A stretch of 64,000 nucleotides of DNA. It comes from Escherichia phage EC128. Location of the stretch: the sequence record ON210139.1; one strand, 5' to 3'. Below are positions 50,011 through 60,748 of the stretch, in pieces (position 1 is the first letter of the stretch; each line of letters opens with the position of its first letter). Under the pieces are notes generated by a model. The model worked only from the letters and a program-made list of their open reading frames with translations. It was not told where the DNA came from and searched no databases. Position numbers and translations under genes: made by a program.

Positions 50011-50097
50011 AAAAATTTTTTCACAAAACTGTTTACAAGACTGTTCTTCCATGGTACTATACAACTATCAACTACTGATACAGATTTGGAGAATAAA
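50011..50097 (+). promoter_or_regulatory. early promoter inside a conserved cassette (copy C)
   Basis: Near-identical to 6591-6672 (5' part) and 21347-21433 (3' part, through the start codon). Confidence 0.6.
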
Positions 50098-50334
50098 ATG
50101 AAAATTGTTATGGGGTGCTTAGCAGTTTGTTTAGTTGCATTAGCAGCAGTTCCATTTGTTAGTGTTGAAAATGATACTCAACCTGTGATTGAATCTAGCA
50201 CCGTTATTCACACTAATGGTAAAATATCAGTTAAAATTGATGATAATCTTCATGTGAATACTAATGGAACGCTGGGTGTTCAATTAGGTAATATCTGTGT
50301 AAGCACTACTGGAGTAATTACTACTTGTATTTGA
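50098..50334 (+). CDS. small secreted/membrane protein
   Basis: 78 aa from ATG 50098; hydrophobic N-terminus MKIVMGCLAVCLVALAAVPF; ORF-track extension from 49906 rejected. Confidence 0.5.
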   Translation: MKIVMGCLAVCLVALAAVPFVSVENDTQPVIESSTVIHTNGKISVKIDDNLHVNTNGTLGVQLGNICVSTTGVITTCI

Positions 50335-50344
50335 GGAAATTATT

Positions 50345-50725
50345 ATGAAAATCGCTATTTTGGTTATTGCATTAGGTCTTACTGGTTGTGTAGCTCAAGG
50401 ACCGGTAGTAAATCAGTCTGATGTAGGAAAAATTGTAAACTGTTCAAGCAAATTTTATAATCCTAATGTCAAGTGTTATAAAGAAGCTCCAAAACAGACA
50501 GTAGAACAAATGCAGGCGAATTTTGACGAGGCTATTCGTCCAGATGAATCTGCTCAAGCATATCGTAATTCGGATGTAATTACACGCGAAGAAAAAATTG
50601 AAAACTACTGTGCAGAACTTTGGGCAAATTGGGCTAATAATTACCAATGGCGTACAGGTAAAAATGCTCCGATGGAGTATGTAGTGAATTCTTATAATTC
50701 ATGTGTAAAAAATTTGACTAAGTGA
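50345..50725 (+). CDS. putative lipoprotein
   Basis: 126 aa; lipobox MKIAILVIALGLTGC. Confidence 0.55.
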   Translation: MKIAILVIALGLTGCVAQGPVVNQSDVGKIVNCSSKFYNPNVKCYKEAPKQTVEQMQANFDEAIRPDESAQAYRNSDVITREEKIENYCAELWANWANNYQWRTGKNAPMEYVVNSYNSCVKNLTK

Positions 50726-50732
50726 GGAAAAC

Positions 50733-50984
50733 ATGGAAACTTTAGTAGCAGGTTCAATTTTTATGGTTTTAGTTTCAGGTGTGTTGGCTATTATTATATA
50801 CATGCTTCCATGGTTTATCGCCTTGATGCGTGGGTCAAAATCGACAGTAGGAATCTTTTTCACATCTTTACTGTTTAACTGGTCAATCATTGGTTGGTTT
50901 ATTACATTTATTTGGTCAATTGCAGGTGAAACTAAAAAGTCTGCGCAGCCAAATCAGGTAATTATCATCAGAGAGAAGGAATGA
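50733..50984 (+). CDS. imm: superinfection immunity membrane protein Imm-like
   Basis: 83 aa, two TM helices, upstream of gene 42. Confidence 0.65.
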   Translation: METLVAGSIFMVLVSGVLAIIIYMLPWFIALMRGSKSTVGIFFTSLLFNWSIIGWFITFIWSIAGETKKSAQPNQVIIIREKE

Positions 50985-51130
50985 AAAGCAAAATTATAGC
51001 AGCATTGCTTTTAATCTTGATGGTTATAATAAGTATATACTATAGTGTAACGGTTCCTCTTATGATTCCAACTATTATTTTAGGTTGGAGTTTATTACTG
51101 TTACAAATTAAATATGAATGCATCAATTGA
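50981..51130 (+). CDS. small membrane peptide
   Basis: 49 aa, ATGA overlap with imm. Confidence 0.4.
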   Translation: MKSKIIAALLLILMVIISIYYSVTVPLMIPTIILGWSLLLLQIKYECIN

Positions 51131-51137
51131 GGTTTAA

Positions 51138-51878
51138 ATGATTAACGATTATATGACAGTTGAAGAAATCCGTCTTGATTTGGGTCTTGCATTAAAGGAA
51201 AAAGATTTCGTAATTGATAAAACCGGGGTTAAAACTATTGAAATTATTGGTGCATCATTTGTAGCAGATGAACCTTTTATTTTTGGCGCTCTTAATGATG
51301 AATACATTCAGCGTGAACTTGAATGGTATAAATCTAAGAGCTTGTTCGTTAAAGATATTCCAGGTGAAACACCGAAGATTTGGCAGCAGGTAGCATCTTC
51401 TAAAGGCGAAATTAACTCGAATTATGGTTGGGCTATCTGGTCAGAAGATAACTATGCTCAGTATGATATGTGTTTAGCTGAACTTGGTCAAAATCCTGAT
51501 TCTCGACGTGGTATCATGATTTATACTCGTCCATCCATGCAATTTGACTACAATAAAGATGGTATGTCAGATTTCATGTGTACGAATACAGTACAGTACC
51601 TGATTCGTGATAAGAAAGTCAATGCGGTTGTTAGCATGAGAAGCAATGATTGCTGGGCAGGCTATCGTAATGATTATGCTTGGCAAAAATACGTACTAGA
51701 TAAATTAGTATCTGATTTGAATGCAGGCGACCCATCGCGGCAATATAAAGCAGGTTCTATTATATGGAACGTTGGAAGTCTTCATGTGTACGAAAATCAG
51801 TTTTATTTAGTTGACCATTGGTGGAACACCGGTGAGACTCATATTGCTAAAAAGGATTATACTGGAAAATGGAAGTAA
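51138..51878 (+). CDS. 42: dCMP hydroxymethylase gp42
   Basis: 246 aa, thymidylate-synthase-like fold cues (DFMCT nucleophile region). Confidence 0.85.
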   Translation: MINDYMTVEEIRLDLGLALKEKDFVIDKTGVKTIEIIGASFVADEPFIFGALNDEYIQRELEWYKSKSLFVKDIPGETPKIWQQVASSKGEINSNYGWAIWSEDNYAQYDMCLAELGQNPDSRRGIMIYTRPSMQFDYNKDGMSDFMCTNTVQYLIRDKKVNAVVSMRSNDCWAGYRNDYAWQKYVLDKLVSDLNAGDPSRQYKAGSIIWNVGSLHVYENQFYLVDHWWNTGETHIAKKDYTGKWK

Positions 51879-52510
51879 ATGTGCCACATGTTTATAAGTA
51901 TAAACATCCTAAAACTAAAAAGTGGTATATAGGAAGTCATGATGGTCACAACCCGAATTATGACGGTTCGGGTGTAGTTTGGCAACATGCTAAAAAGAAA
52001 TATGGAATAAAATCCTTTAATAAAGAAATATTATATGAAGGACCAATGTTTAGACAGGTTGAAGAAATTATTTTAACTTGTTTAGATGCTGCTAATTGTC
52101 CGGATTCATATAATTTAAAGAATGAAGCATGGGGAGGAAGTTTTCCAGGCAAATTAAATGGAATGTACGGTAAAAAACTATCTCCAGAAGAAAGATATAA
52201 GTGCGGAAATGCCTTTCGTGGAATCAAGCGTCCTGATCATTCTAAAAGAATGAAAGGCGAAGGTAATCCAATGTATGGTAAAAATGAGCAGGCATATGGA
52301 ATTATAAATCGAGCAAAGGAAAATTCTGGTAAAACTTATGAAGAAATTTTTGGCGCAGAAAAAGCTAAAATAATTAAAGAAACGATGTCTAAAAATCGTA
52401 AAGGAAAACCTCATAATTTGATAGAAAAAATATGTCCGCATTGCGGACTAAAAGGACGTGGGCCAAATATGACAAGATACCATTTTGACAAATGTAAGGC
52501 ACTTAAATGA
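51869..52510 (+). CDS. GIY-YIG homing endonuclease (seg-like)
   Basis: 213 aa; HVYKYKHPKTKKWYIGSHDGHNPNYDGSG; overlaps flanking genes at both ends. Confidence 0.7.
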   Translation: MEVNVPHVYKYKHPKTKKWYIGSHDGHNPNYDGSGVVWQHAKKKYGIKSFNKEILYEGPMFRQVEEIILTCLDAANCPDSYNLKNEAWGGSFPGKLNGMYGKKLSPEERYKCGNAFRGIKRPDHSKRMKGEGNPMYGKNEQAYGIINRAKENSGKTYEEIFGAEKAKIIKETMSKNRKGKPHNLIEKICPHCGLKGRGPNMTRYHFDKCKALK

Positions 52511-53349
52511 TTCAATTCGTAATTCCAAGCTATCAACGCGTAGGGGCAGTTTCTGCCCTTGATATGTTTCCGACTGATTATGAACCACATATTGTAGTGC
52601 GTGAACACGAAGAAAAAGCTTATTATGATGCTTATGGGTCTAAAGCTAAAATTGTAACTATTCCTGATGATGTTAATGGAATTGCCGGTACTCGTAAAGC
52701 AATTACTGATATGTATGCAGGTCAACGAATCTGGATGATTGATGATGATACTACTATTCGTATGAGTTCAATACGAAAGAGAGACGATAAACGGCGCGTA
52801 GATAAAATTAATCAATTAACTCGTGAACAGTTCTATGAATTAATTCAATACGTTGAGGATGCTATGGATTGCGGGTATTATCACGGTCATGCTCGTCTAC
52901 CAATTTTTAAAATTACTTCATCTTGGGGTAATTATCGTGAAAACTCATATGGATTCACGAATACATGGTATGACCTCGGAAAACTTACGACAGAACAAAT
53001 TGGGTATGGAAAAATTGATTTATGTGAAGATATGTACGCATTTCTCAATTTAATTAATCAAGGTTATCCGCATTTGGCCTTGTTCAAATATCTAGTTGTA
53101 TCTGGAAAATCACACGCTCCCGGCGGGTGCAGTTCAATTCGTAGTAATTCTAAACATAATAGAGCGCTTGAACAAATCAATAGAGAGTTTCCAGAGCAAG
53201 CTTGTTGGAAAACTTCTAATATTGAAAAACGAAAATCGTTGGGTGAAGAAGACGAGCCATTAAAGGTTCTTCGCATGTGTGTTTCTCGTAAAGAAAAATC
53301 AGAAGCATTTCATAAGTTTAATGCTATTCATCCAATAGCAGTTGATTAA
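52507..53349 (+). CDS. GT-A-type glycosyltransferase at the beta-gt locus (candidate HMC-DNA glucosyltransferase)
   Basis: 280 aa; N-terminal FVIPSYQR and DxD motif WMIDDDT; sits between 42 and uvsX where T4 carries beta-gt. Confidence 0.5.
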   Translation: MIQFVIPSYQRVGAVSALDMFPTDYEPHIVVREHEEKAYYDAYGSKAKIVTIPDDVNGIAGTRKAITDMYAGQRIWMIDDDTTIRMSSIRKRDDKRRVDKINQLTREQFYELIQYVEDAMDCGYYHGHARLPIFKITSSWGNYRENSYGFTNTWYDLGKLTTEQIGYGKIDLCEDMYAFLNLINQGYPHLALFKYLVVSGKSHAPGGCSSIRSNSKHNRALEQINREFPEQACWKTSNIEKRKSLGEEDEPLKVLRMCVSRKEKSEAFHKFNAIHPIAVD

Positions 53350-53426
53350 TGCCTAAATTTATTGTGTTATAATTACTCTATCTTTAACCAGTGAGGAAAA
53401 TATAATGATGCCTATGGAAAAAATGA

Positions 53427-54608
53427 ATGTCTATTGCAGATTTAAAATCCCGTTTGATTAAAGCTTCCACTTCTAAAATGACTGCTGAACTGACTACATC
53501 TAAATTCTTTAATGAAAAGGATGTAATTCGTACAAAAATTCCAATGCTTAATATTGCTATTTCTGGTGCGATTGATGGTGGTATGCAGTCTGGTTTAACT
53601 ATTTTCGCAGGGCCTTCTAAACACTTTAAATCAAATATGTCTTTGACTATGGTTGCGGCGTATTTGAACAAATATCCTGACGCGGTTTGTCTATTCTATG
53701 ATAGCGAATTTGGTATTACTCCAGCTTATTTGCGATCCATGGGAGTTGACCCGGAACGAGTAATTCATACGCCGATTCAGTCAGTTGAACAACTGAAAAT
53801 TGATATGGTGAACCAGCTTGAAGCTATTGAGCGTGGTGAAAAGGTTATTGTATTCATCGACTCAATCGGTAATATGGCTTCTAAGAAAGAAACGGAAGAT
53901 GCCTTGAATGAAAAATCTGTGGCAGATATGACTCGTGCTAAATCACTGAAGTCATTATTCCGTATTGTTACTCCTTATTTTAGCATTAAAAATATTCCAT
54001 GTGTTGCGGTTAACCATACAATTGAAACAATTGAAATGTTTAGTAAAACCGTGATGACAGGTGGTACAGGCGTAATGTATTCGGCTGATACTGTATTCAT
54101 TATCGGTAAGCGTCAGATTAAAGATGGTTCTGATCTTCAGGGGTATCAATTTGTTCTAAATGTAGAAAAATCTCGTACCGTTAAAGAAAAAAGTAAATTC
54201 TTTATTGATGTTAAATTTGACGGTGGTATCGATCCTTATTCTGGATTGTTAGATATGGCTCTAGAATTAGGATTTGTAGTAAAACCTAAAAATGGCTGGT
54301 ATGCTCGTGAATTTCTTGACGAAGAAACCGGCGAGATGATTCGCGAAGAAAAATCTTGGCGTGCAAAAGATACCAACTGCACTACATTCTGGGGTCCTTT
54401 ATTTAAGCATCAACCATTCCGAGATGCTATTAAACGTGCTTATCAGTTAGGTGCTATTGATAGTAATGAAATTGTTGAAGCTGAAGTTGATGAATTGATT
54501 AACTCAAAGGTTGAAAAATTTAAATCTCCAGAAAGTAAAAGTAAATCAGCTGCTGATTTAGAAACTGACCTCGAACAGTTAAGTGATATGGAAGAATTTA
54601 ATGAATAA
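53427..54608 (+). CDS. uvsX: RecA-like recombinase UvsX
   Basis: 393 aa; Walker A GPSKHFKS; acidic C-terminal tail. Confidence 0.9.
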   Translation: MSIADLKSRLIKASTSKMTAELTTSKFFNEKDVIRTKIPMLNIAISGAIDGGMQSGLTIFAGPSKHFKSNMSLTMVAAYLNKYPDAVCLFYDSEFGITPAYLRSMGVDPERVIHTPIQSVEQLKIDMVNQLEAIERGEKVIVFIDSIGNMASKKETEDALNEKSVADMTRAKSLKSLFRIVTPYFSIKNIPCVAVNHTIETIEMFSKTVMTGGTGVMYSADTVFIIGKRQIKDGSDLQGYQFVLNVEKSRTVKEKSKFFIDVKFDGGIDPYSGLLDMALELGFVVKPKNGWYAREFLDEETGEMIREEKSWRAKDTNCTTFWGPLFKHQPFRDAIKRAYQLGAIDSNEIVEAEVDELINSKVEKFKSPESKSKSAADLETDLEQLSDMEEFNE

Positions 54609-54945
54609 AGATGATTTAGACTTAGATCTAGAAATTATCGATGAATCCCCCTCTTCGGAGGGGGAAGAAGAAAGAAAAGAACGTCTTTTTAATGAATCTC
54701 TTAAGATAATTAAATCTGCCATGGAAAATGTTATCCAGGAGATTGTCATTAAACTAGAAGATGGTTCTACACACATTGTGTATGTGACAAAATTAGATTG
54801 GGTTGATGGAAAGGTTGTAATGGACTTTGCTGTTCTTGACCAAGAAAGAAAAGCTGAGTTAGCTCCTCATGTAGAAAAATGTATTACAATGCAACTGCAA
54901 GATGCATTTAATAAAAGGTCAAAGAAAAAGTTTAAATTCTTTTAA
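54601..54945 (+). CDS. 40: gp40-like head-assembly protein
   Basis: About 114 aa, acidic; between uvsX and 41; start uncertain (ORF open from 54583). Confidence 0.5.
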   Translation: MNKDDLDLDLEIIDESPSSEGEEERKERLFNESLKIIKSAMENVIQEIVIKLEDGSTHIVYVTKLDWVDGKVVMDFAVLDQERKAELAPHVEKCITMQLQDAFNKRSKKKFKFF

Positions 54946-54954
54946 GGAGTAAGT

Positions 54955-56382
54955 GTGGTAGAAATTATTCTTTCTCATCTTATATTTGATCAAGCTTATT
55001 TTTCAAAAGTTTGGCCATATATGGATTCAGAATATTTTGAAAGTGGTCCAGCTAAAAATACATTCAAATTAATTAAATCTCATGTCAATGAGTATCATAG
55101 CGTTCCATCTATTAATGCGTTAAATGTTGCATTAGAAAATAGTTCATTTACTGAAACAGAATATTCTGGTGTAAAAACACTTATTTCAAAACTAGCTGAT
55201 TCTCCGGAAGACCACAGCTGGTTAGTAAAAGAAACAGAAAAATATGTTCAGCAAAGGGCGATGTTTAATGCTACGTCTAAAATAATCGAAATTCAAACTA
55301 ATGCTGAGCTTCCTCCGGAAAAACGAAATAAGAAAATGCCAGATGTAGGTGCTATTCCTGACATCATGCGCCAAGCATTATCAATTTCATTTGATAGTTA
55401 CGTTGGTCATGATTGGATGGATGACTACGAAGCACGCTGGCTATCTTATATGAATAAAGCTCGTAAAGTTCCGTTTAAACTCAGAATTCTAAACAAAATT
55501 ACGAAAGGCGGAGCTGAAACTGGAACACTGAACGTTTTAATGGCTGGCGTTAACGTTGGTAAGTCATTAGGTCTGTGTTCATTGGCAGCAGATTATTTGC
55601 AGCTCGGACATAATGTTCTTTACATTTCCATGGAAATGGCAGAAGAAGTCTGTGCTAAGCGTATTGATGCTAATATGCTTGATGTTTCTCTTGATGACAT
55701 TGATGATGGGCATATTTCTTACGCTGAGTATAAAGGAAAAATGGAAAAATGGCGTGAGAAATCTACTCTCGGTCGTTTAATCGTTAAACAGTATCCTACT
55801 GGTGGAGCAGATGCTAATACATTTCGGTCGCTTTTAAATGAATTAAAGCTCAAGAAGAATTTTGTTCCAACAATCATTATTGTTGACTATCTAGGTATTT
55901 GTAAATCTTGCCGCATTAGAGTTTATTCAGAAAATAGTTACACAACTGTTAAAGCCATCGCAGAAGAATTGCGTGCTCTGGCTGTTGAAACTGAAACTGT
56001 TCTTTGGACTGCAGCACAGGTTGGTAAACAGGCTTGGGATTCTTCTGATGTTAACATGAGCGATATTGCAGAATCTGCTGGTCTTCCAGCAACAGCTGAT
56101 TTTATGCTTGCGGTCATTGAAACCGAGGAGTTAGCAGCTGCTGAACAACAACTCATTAAGCAAATCAAATCACGATATGGTGATAAGAATAAGTGGAATA
56201 AGTTTTTGATGGGTGTTCAAAAGGGAAATCAGAAATGGGTAGAAATTGAACAAGATTCTACTCCAACTGAAGTGAACGAAGTAGCAGGTTCACAACAGAT
56301 TCAGGCTGAGCAGAATCGCTATCAAAGAAATGAATCCACTCGAGCTCAGTTAGATGCTTTGGCGAATGAATTAAAATTTTAG
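54955..56382 (+). CDS. 41: replicative DNA helicase gp41 (DnaB-like)
   Basis: 475 aa, GTG start after AAGGAG; Walker A GVNVGKS, Walker B IIVDYLG. Confidence 0.9.
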   Translation: MVEIILSHLIFDQAYFSKVWPYMDSEYFESGPAKNTFKLIKSHVNEYHSVPSINALNVALENSSFTETEYSGVKTLISKLADSPEDHSWLVKETEKYVQQRAMFNATSKIIEIQTNAELPPEKRNKKMPDVGAIPDIMRQALSISFDSYVGHDWMDDYEARWLSYMNKARKVPFKLRILNKITKGGAETGTLNVLMAGVNVGKSLGLCSLAADYLQLGHNVLYISMEMAEEVCAKRIDANMLDVSLDDIDDGHISYAEYKGKMEKWREKSTLGRLIVKQYPTGGADANTFRSLLNELKLKKNFVPTIIIVDYLGICKSCRIRVYSENSYTTVKAIAEELRALAVETETVLWTAAQVGKQAWDSSDVNMSDIAESAGLPATADFMLAVIETEELAAAEQQLIKQIKSRYGDKNKWNKFLMGVQKGNQKWVEIEQDSTPTEVNEVAGSQQIQAEQNRYQRNESTRAQLDALANELKF

Positions 56383-56419
56383 TTTACAAGCTGACGAGAC
56401 TATGGTATAGTAGTCTTGT
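56382..56419 (+). promoter_or_regulatory. early promoter
   Basis: GTTTACAAG ... TATGGTATAGTA, twin of 18430. Confidence 0.55.
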
Positions 56420-56440
56420 TGGTTAAATGAGGAGATTGTT

Positions 56441-56623
56441 ATGGAATTGGTAAAGGTAGTTTTTATGGGGTGGTTTAAGAATGAAAGCATGTTTACTAAA
56501 GAAACCACAATGATGAAAGATGACGTTCAATGGGTTACTACTCAGTATGCTGAAGTTAATAAAGCATTAGTTAAAGCTTTCATTGATGACAAGAAAGTAT
56601 GTGAAGTGGATTGCCGAGGATAA
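56441..56623 (+). CDS. dmd: Dmd antitoxin (discriminator of mRNA degradation)
   Basis: 60 aa, MELVKVVFMGWFKNESMFTKE... Confidence 0.8.
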   Translation: MELVKVVFMGWFKNESMFTKETTMMKDDVQWVTTQYAEVNKALVKAFIDDKKVCEVDCRG

Positions 56624-56624
56624 T

Positions 56625-56882
56625 ATGCATATTGTTTTATTTAAACCTACTCCGTATAACGTCAGGAAAAATACGCAATTCAAAGCACTTATTGCAGATA
56701 CGTGGGAATTGGTGCTAGATATTCCAGCAGAAGAAAGTCCTCCATTTGGTCGAGTGGAATTTATTAAGTTTGCTGTACGTCCTACGAAGCGACAGATTCG
56801 TCAATGTAAAAGATACTTTCGTAAAATCGTCAAGCTAGAGAAACAGTTTGTAACATGTGATTACGCAGAAGTTTTAAAATAA
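56625..56882 (+). CDS. hypothetical basic protein
   Basis: 85 aa from ATG 56625. Confidence 0.5.
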   Translation: MHIVLFKPTPYNVRKNTQFKALIADTWELVLDIPAEESPPFGRVEFIKFAVRPTKRQIRQCKRYFRKIVKLEKQFVTCDYAEVLK

Positions 56883-56884
56883 CT

Positions 56885-56922
56885 GTTTACTTTTGTTGGA
56901 AATTGAGATATTATATAAACAT
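56885..56922 (+). promoter_or_regulatory. early promoter
   Basis: GTTTAC ... GAGATATTAT. Confidence 0.5.
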
Positions 56923-56942
56923 AAACTACTGAGGAGATTATC

Positions 56943-57236
56943 ATGAAAAAATTTGTTTTTGCTGCAATTTTTGCTTTAGCTTCTTGTGCTGCTCAGCCTG
57001 CTATGGCAGGTTATGATAAAGATTTGTGCGAATGGTCTATGACTGCAGATCAGACTGAAGTTGAAACTCAAATTGAAGCGGATATTATGAATATCGTTGA
57101 GCGCGATCGTCCTGAAATGAAAGCTGAAGTGCAAAAACAACTTAAGTCTGGTGGTGTAATGCAGTATAATTATGTTCTGTATTGCGATAAAAACTTTAAT
57201 AATAAAAATATCATCGCTGAAGTGGTAGGTGAATAA
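56943..57236 (+). CDS. sp: periplasmic superinfection-exclusion protein Spackle-like
   Basis: 97 aa with signal peptide MKKFVFAAIFALASCAAQPAMA. Confidence 0.7.
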   Translation: MKKFVFAAIFALASCAAQPAMAGYDKDLCEWSMTADQTEVETQIEADIMNIVERDRPEMKAEVQKQLKSGGVMQYNYVLYCDKNFNNKNIIAEVVGE

Positions 57237-57862
57237 TGCTTTATCAAATGCACAAGTGTAAAGACACGTACAAATATAAAGGTGCCCAGTGTTATATCAT
57301 TAATCGTGAAAACGCAGGTCCAGGCCATTCGCATCAATCACGGTTTGTATTCGTTAAAAATAATGAAATTATAGCAGTTGCTAATTATATGCTTGTGACC
57401 AATGATGTTAATCCGGTGCCTTTCACATATGACAATCTAATGGACTTGGCATATGATTATAATTGGTTTAATCATGATACTTTGGCTCATATTGAAGGCG
57501 TAGGATTTGACATCTCTTATTCTAGTTATTCGTTGTGCCCTATGAGCCGAGCTCATAAAGAGCCTGAATATTTTTCATTTCGTCGGCGTGTAGACTTTAA
57601 ACGCAGTACAGAGTATGTCGGTGGAATCTTTGTTAAAGATAATCGAATTACTCGCATTATTTATCCTTTGGGCTTTGGTCAAAAAGATATTGATGTTGAT
57701 TTAGACTTTACTGAAAATATCATTAATCATATTGCTTCTGTGTATTTTGATATTGATCACAAAATTGTAATATGTGGATATGAATTGCCATCTGAAAAAC
57801 AGTCTAAAGTAAATGTTTCTATTGATGACCAAATTTTTAATGCTTTTATGAATAGAGGTTAA
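57236..57862 (+). CDS. hypothetical protein
   Basis: 208 aa, coupled to sp. Confidence 0.55.
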   Translation: MLYQMHKCKDTYKYKGAQCYIINRENAGPGHSHQSRFVFVKNNEIIAVANYMLVTNDVNPVPFTYDNLMDLAYDYNWFNHDTLAHIEGVGFDISYSSYSLCPMSRAHKEPEYFSFRRRVDFKRSTEYVGGIFVKDNRITRIIYPLGFGQKDIDVDLDFTENIINHIASVYFDIDHKIVICGYELPSEKQSKVNVSIDDQIFNAFMNRG

Positions 57863-57863
57863 T

Positions 57864-58028
57864 ATGAAAACATATAAAGAATTTATTAAAGAAGATATGG
57901 TCGCTGGAGATTCAGGTGGTAATCCTGAAAATATCTCTACTGGAACAACATCAGGTGCTGTAGTAAATAAAGGTCCTGAACAGATTCCTAAAAAGAAAAA
58001 AGAGGAATCTAAAGAAAAAGAAGAGTAA
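57864..58028 (+). CDS. small protein with capsid-targeting-sequence-like N-terminus
   Basis: 54 aa, MKTYKEFIKE...; below ORF-track cutoff; directly upstream of gene 61. Confidence 0.4.
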   Translation: MKTYKEFIKEDMVAGDSGGNPENISTGTTSGAVVNKGPEQIPKKKKEESKEKEE

Positions 58029-58030
58029 AA

Positions 58031-59059
58031 ATGTCATCAATACCTTGGATTGATAATGAGTTTGCATACCGTGCATTAGCTCATTTACCTAAATTCACAC
58101 AAGTAAATAATAGTTCAACTTTTAAATTACGGTTTAGATGCCCAGTGTGTGGAGATTCAAAAACCGACCAGAATAAAGCTCGTGGATGGTATTATGGCGA
58201 TAATAATGAAGGAAATATTCATTGTTATAACTGTAACTATCATGCACCAATCGGAATATATTTAAAGGAGTTTGAACCTGATTTATATCGTGAGTATATC
58301 TTTGAAATAAGAAAAGAAAAAGGTAAAAGTCGTCCAGTAGAAAAACCTAAAGAACTTCCTAAACAACCTGAGAAGAAAATAATTAAATCTCTTCCGTCAT
58401 GTGTTAGATTAGATAAACTGACGGAAGACCATCCAATTATAAAATATGTAAAAGCTCGTTGTATTCCAAAGGATAAATGGAAATATCTTTGGTTTACAAC
58501 CGAATGGCCTAAATTGGTTAATAGCATAGCACCGGGAACATATAAAAAGGAAATACCTGAGTCTCGTCTTGTTATTCCAATTTATAATGCTAATGGAAAA
58601 GCTGAGTCTTTTCAAGGACGTGCATTAAAGAAAGATGCTCCTCAAAAATATATCACCATCAAAGCTTATCCTGAAGCAACAAAAATCTATGGAGTCGAAC
58701 GAGTTAAAGATGGTGATGTATATGTTCTAGAAGGACCTATAGATTCACTTTTTATTGAAAATGGTATAGCTATTACGGGTGGTCAATTAGACCTAGAAGT
58801 TGTTCCATTTAAAGATAGACGAGTGTGGGTCTTAGATAATGAACCTCGTCACCCTGACACTATTAAACGAATGACTAAATTAGTTGATGCAGGAGAAAGG
58901 GTTATGTTTTGGGATAAATCTCCCTGGAAATCAAAAGATGTTAATGATATGATTAGAAAGGAAGGTGCAACCCCTGAACAAATTATGGAATATATGAAAA
59001 ATAATATTGCCCAGGGGTTAATGGCTAAAATGCGGCTATCTAAATATGCTAAGATTTAA
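58031..59059 (+). CDS. 61: DNA primase gp61
   Basis: 342 aa; zinc ribbon CPVCGDS...CYNCNYH; Toprim-like core. Confidence 0.9.
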   Translation: MSSIPWIDNEFAYRALAHLPKFTQVNNSSTFKLRFRCPVCGDSKTDQNKARGWYYGDNNEGNIHCYNCNYHAPIGIYLKEFEPDLYREYIFEIRKEKGKSRPVEKPKELPKQPEKKIIKSLPSCVRLDKLTEDHPIIKYVKARCIPKDKWKYLWFTTEWPKLVNSIAPGTYKKEIPESRLVIPIYNANGKAESFQGRALKKDAPQKYITIKAYPEATKIYGVERVKDGDVYVLEGPIDSLFIENGIAITGGQLDLEVVPFKDRRVWVLDNEPRHPDTIKRMTKLVDAGERVMFWDKSPWKSKDVNDMIRKEGATPEQIMEYMKNNIAQGLMAKMRLSKYAKI

Positions 59060-59256
59060 ATTAACCCAACTAAAGCAAATGCTAAATCTACGAATGTATC
59101 AAGAGTAACTACTGGAATACTAACGCCATGAGCAATAGCAACTGGCGATAAAACAAAATTCCAAAGTAAAATTCCTATCATAGCAGAAATAGTAAAAGCT
59201 ATACGTTTCTTATTACCTTTTATGGCATTAACAAGTGCCATTAATTTTTGTACCAT
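59056..59256 (-). CDS. antisense small hydrophobic membrane protein
   Basis: 66 aa on the minus strand in an intergenic gap; AAGGAGG SD 4 nt before the ATG; tail-to-tail 4-nt overlap with gene 61. Confidence 0.5.
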   Translation of the reverse strand: MVQKLMALVNAIKGNKKRIAFTISAMIGILLWNFVLSPVAIAHGVSIPVVTLDTFVDLAFALVGLI

Positions 59257-59291
59257 ATGTCCTCCTTTAAATTAATATTTATCATAAATTT

Positions 59292-59329
59292 GTTTACTTT
59301 CTCAGCTTGTTATGGTATTATAAAATAAA
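59292..59329 (+). promoter_or_regulatory. early promoter
   Basis: GTTTAC ... TATGGTATTAT. Confidence 0.55.
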
Positions 59330-59346
59330 TTGCTGAGGATGATATA

Positions 59347-60686
<1,340 letters not shown>

Positions 60687-60748
60687 TTGCTTACATATTC
60701 AAATGATATAATTATTTAACTTATTGATGAATTGAAAGGAAAAATAAC

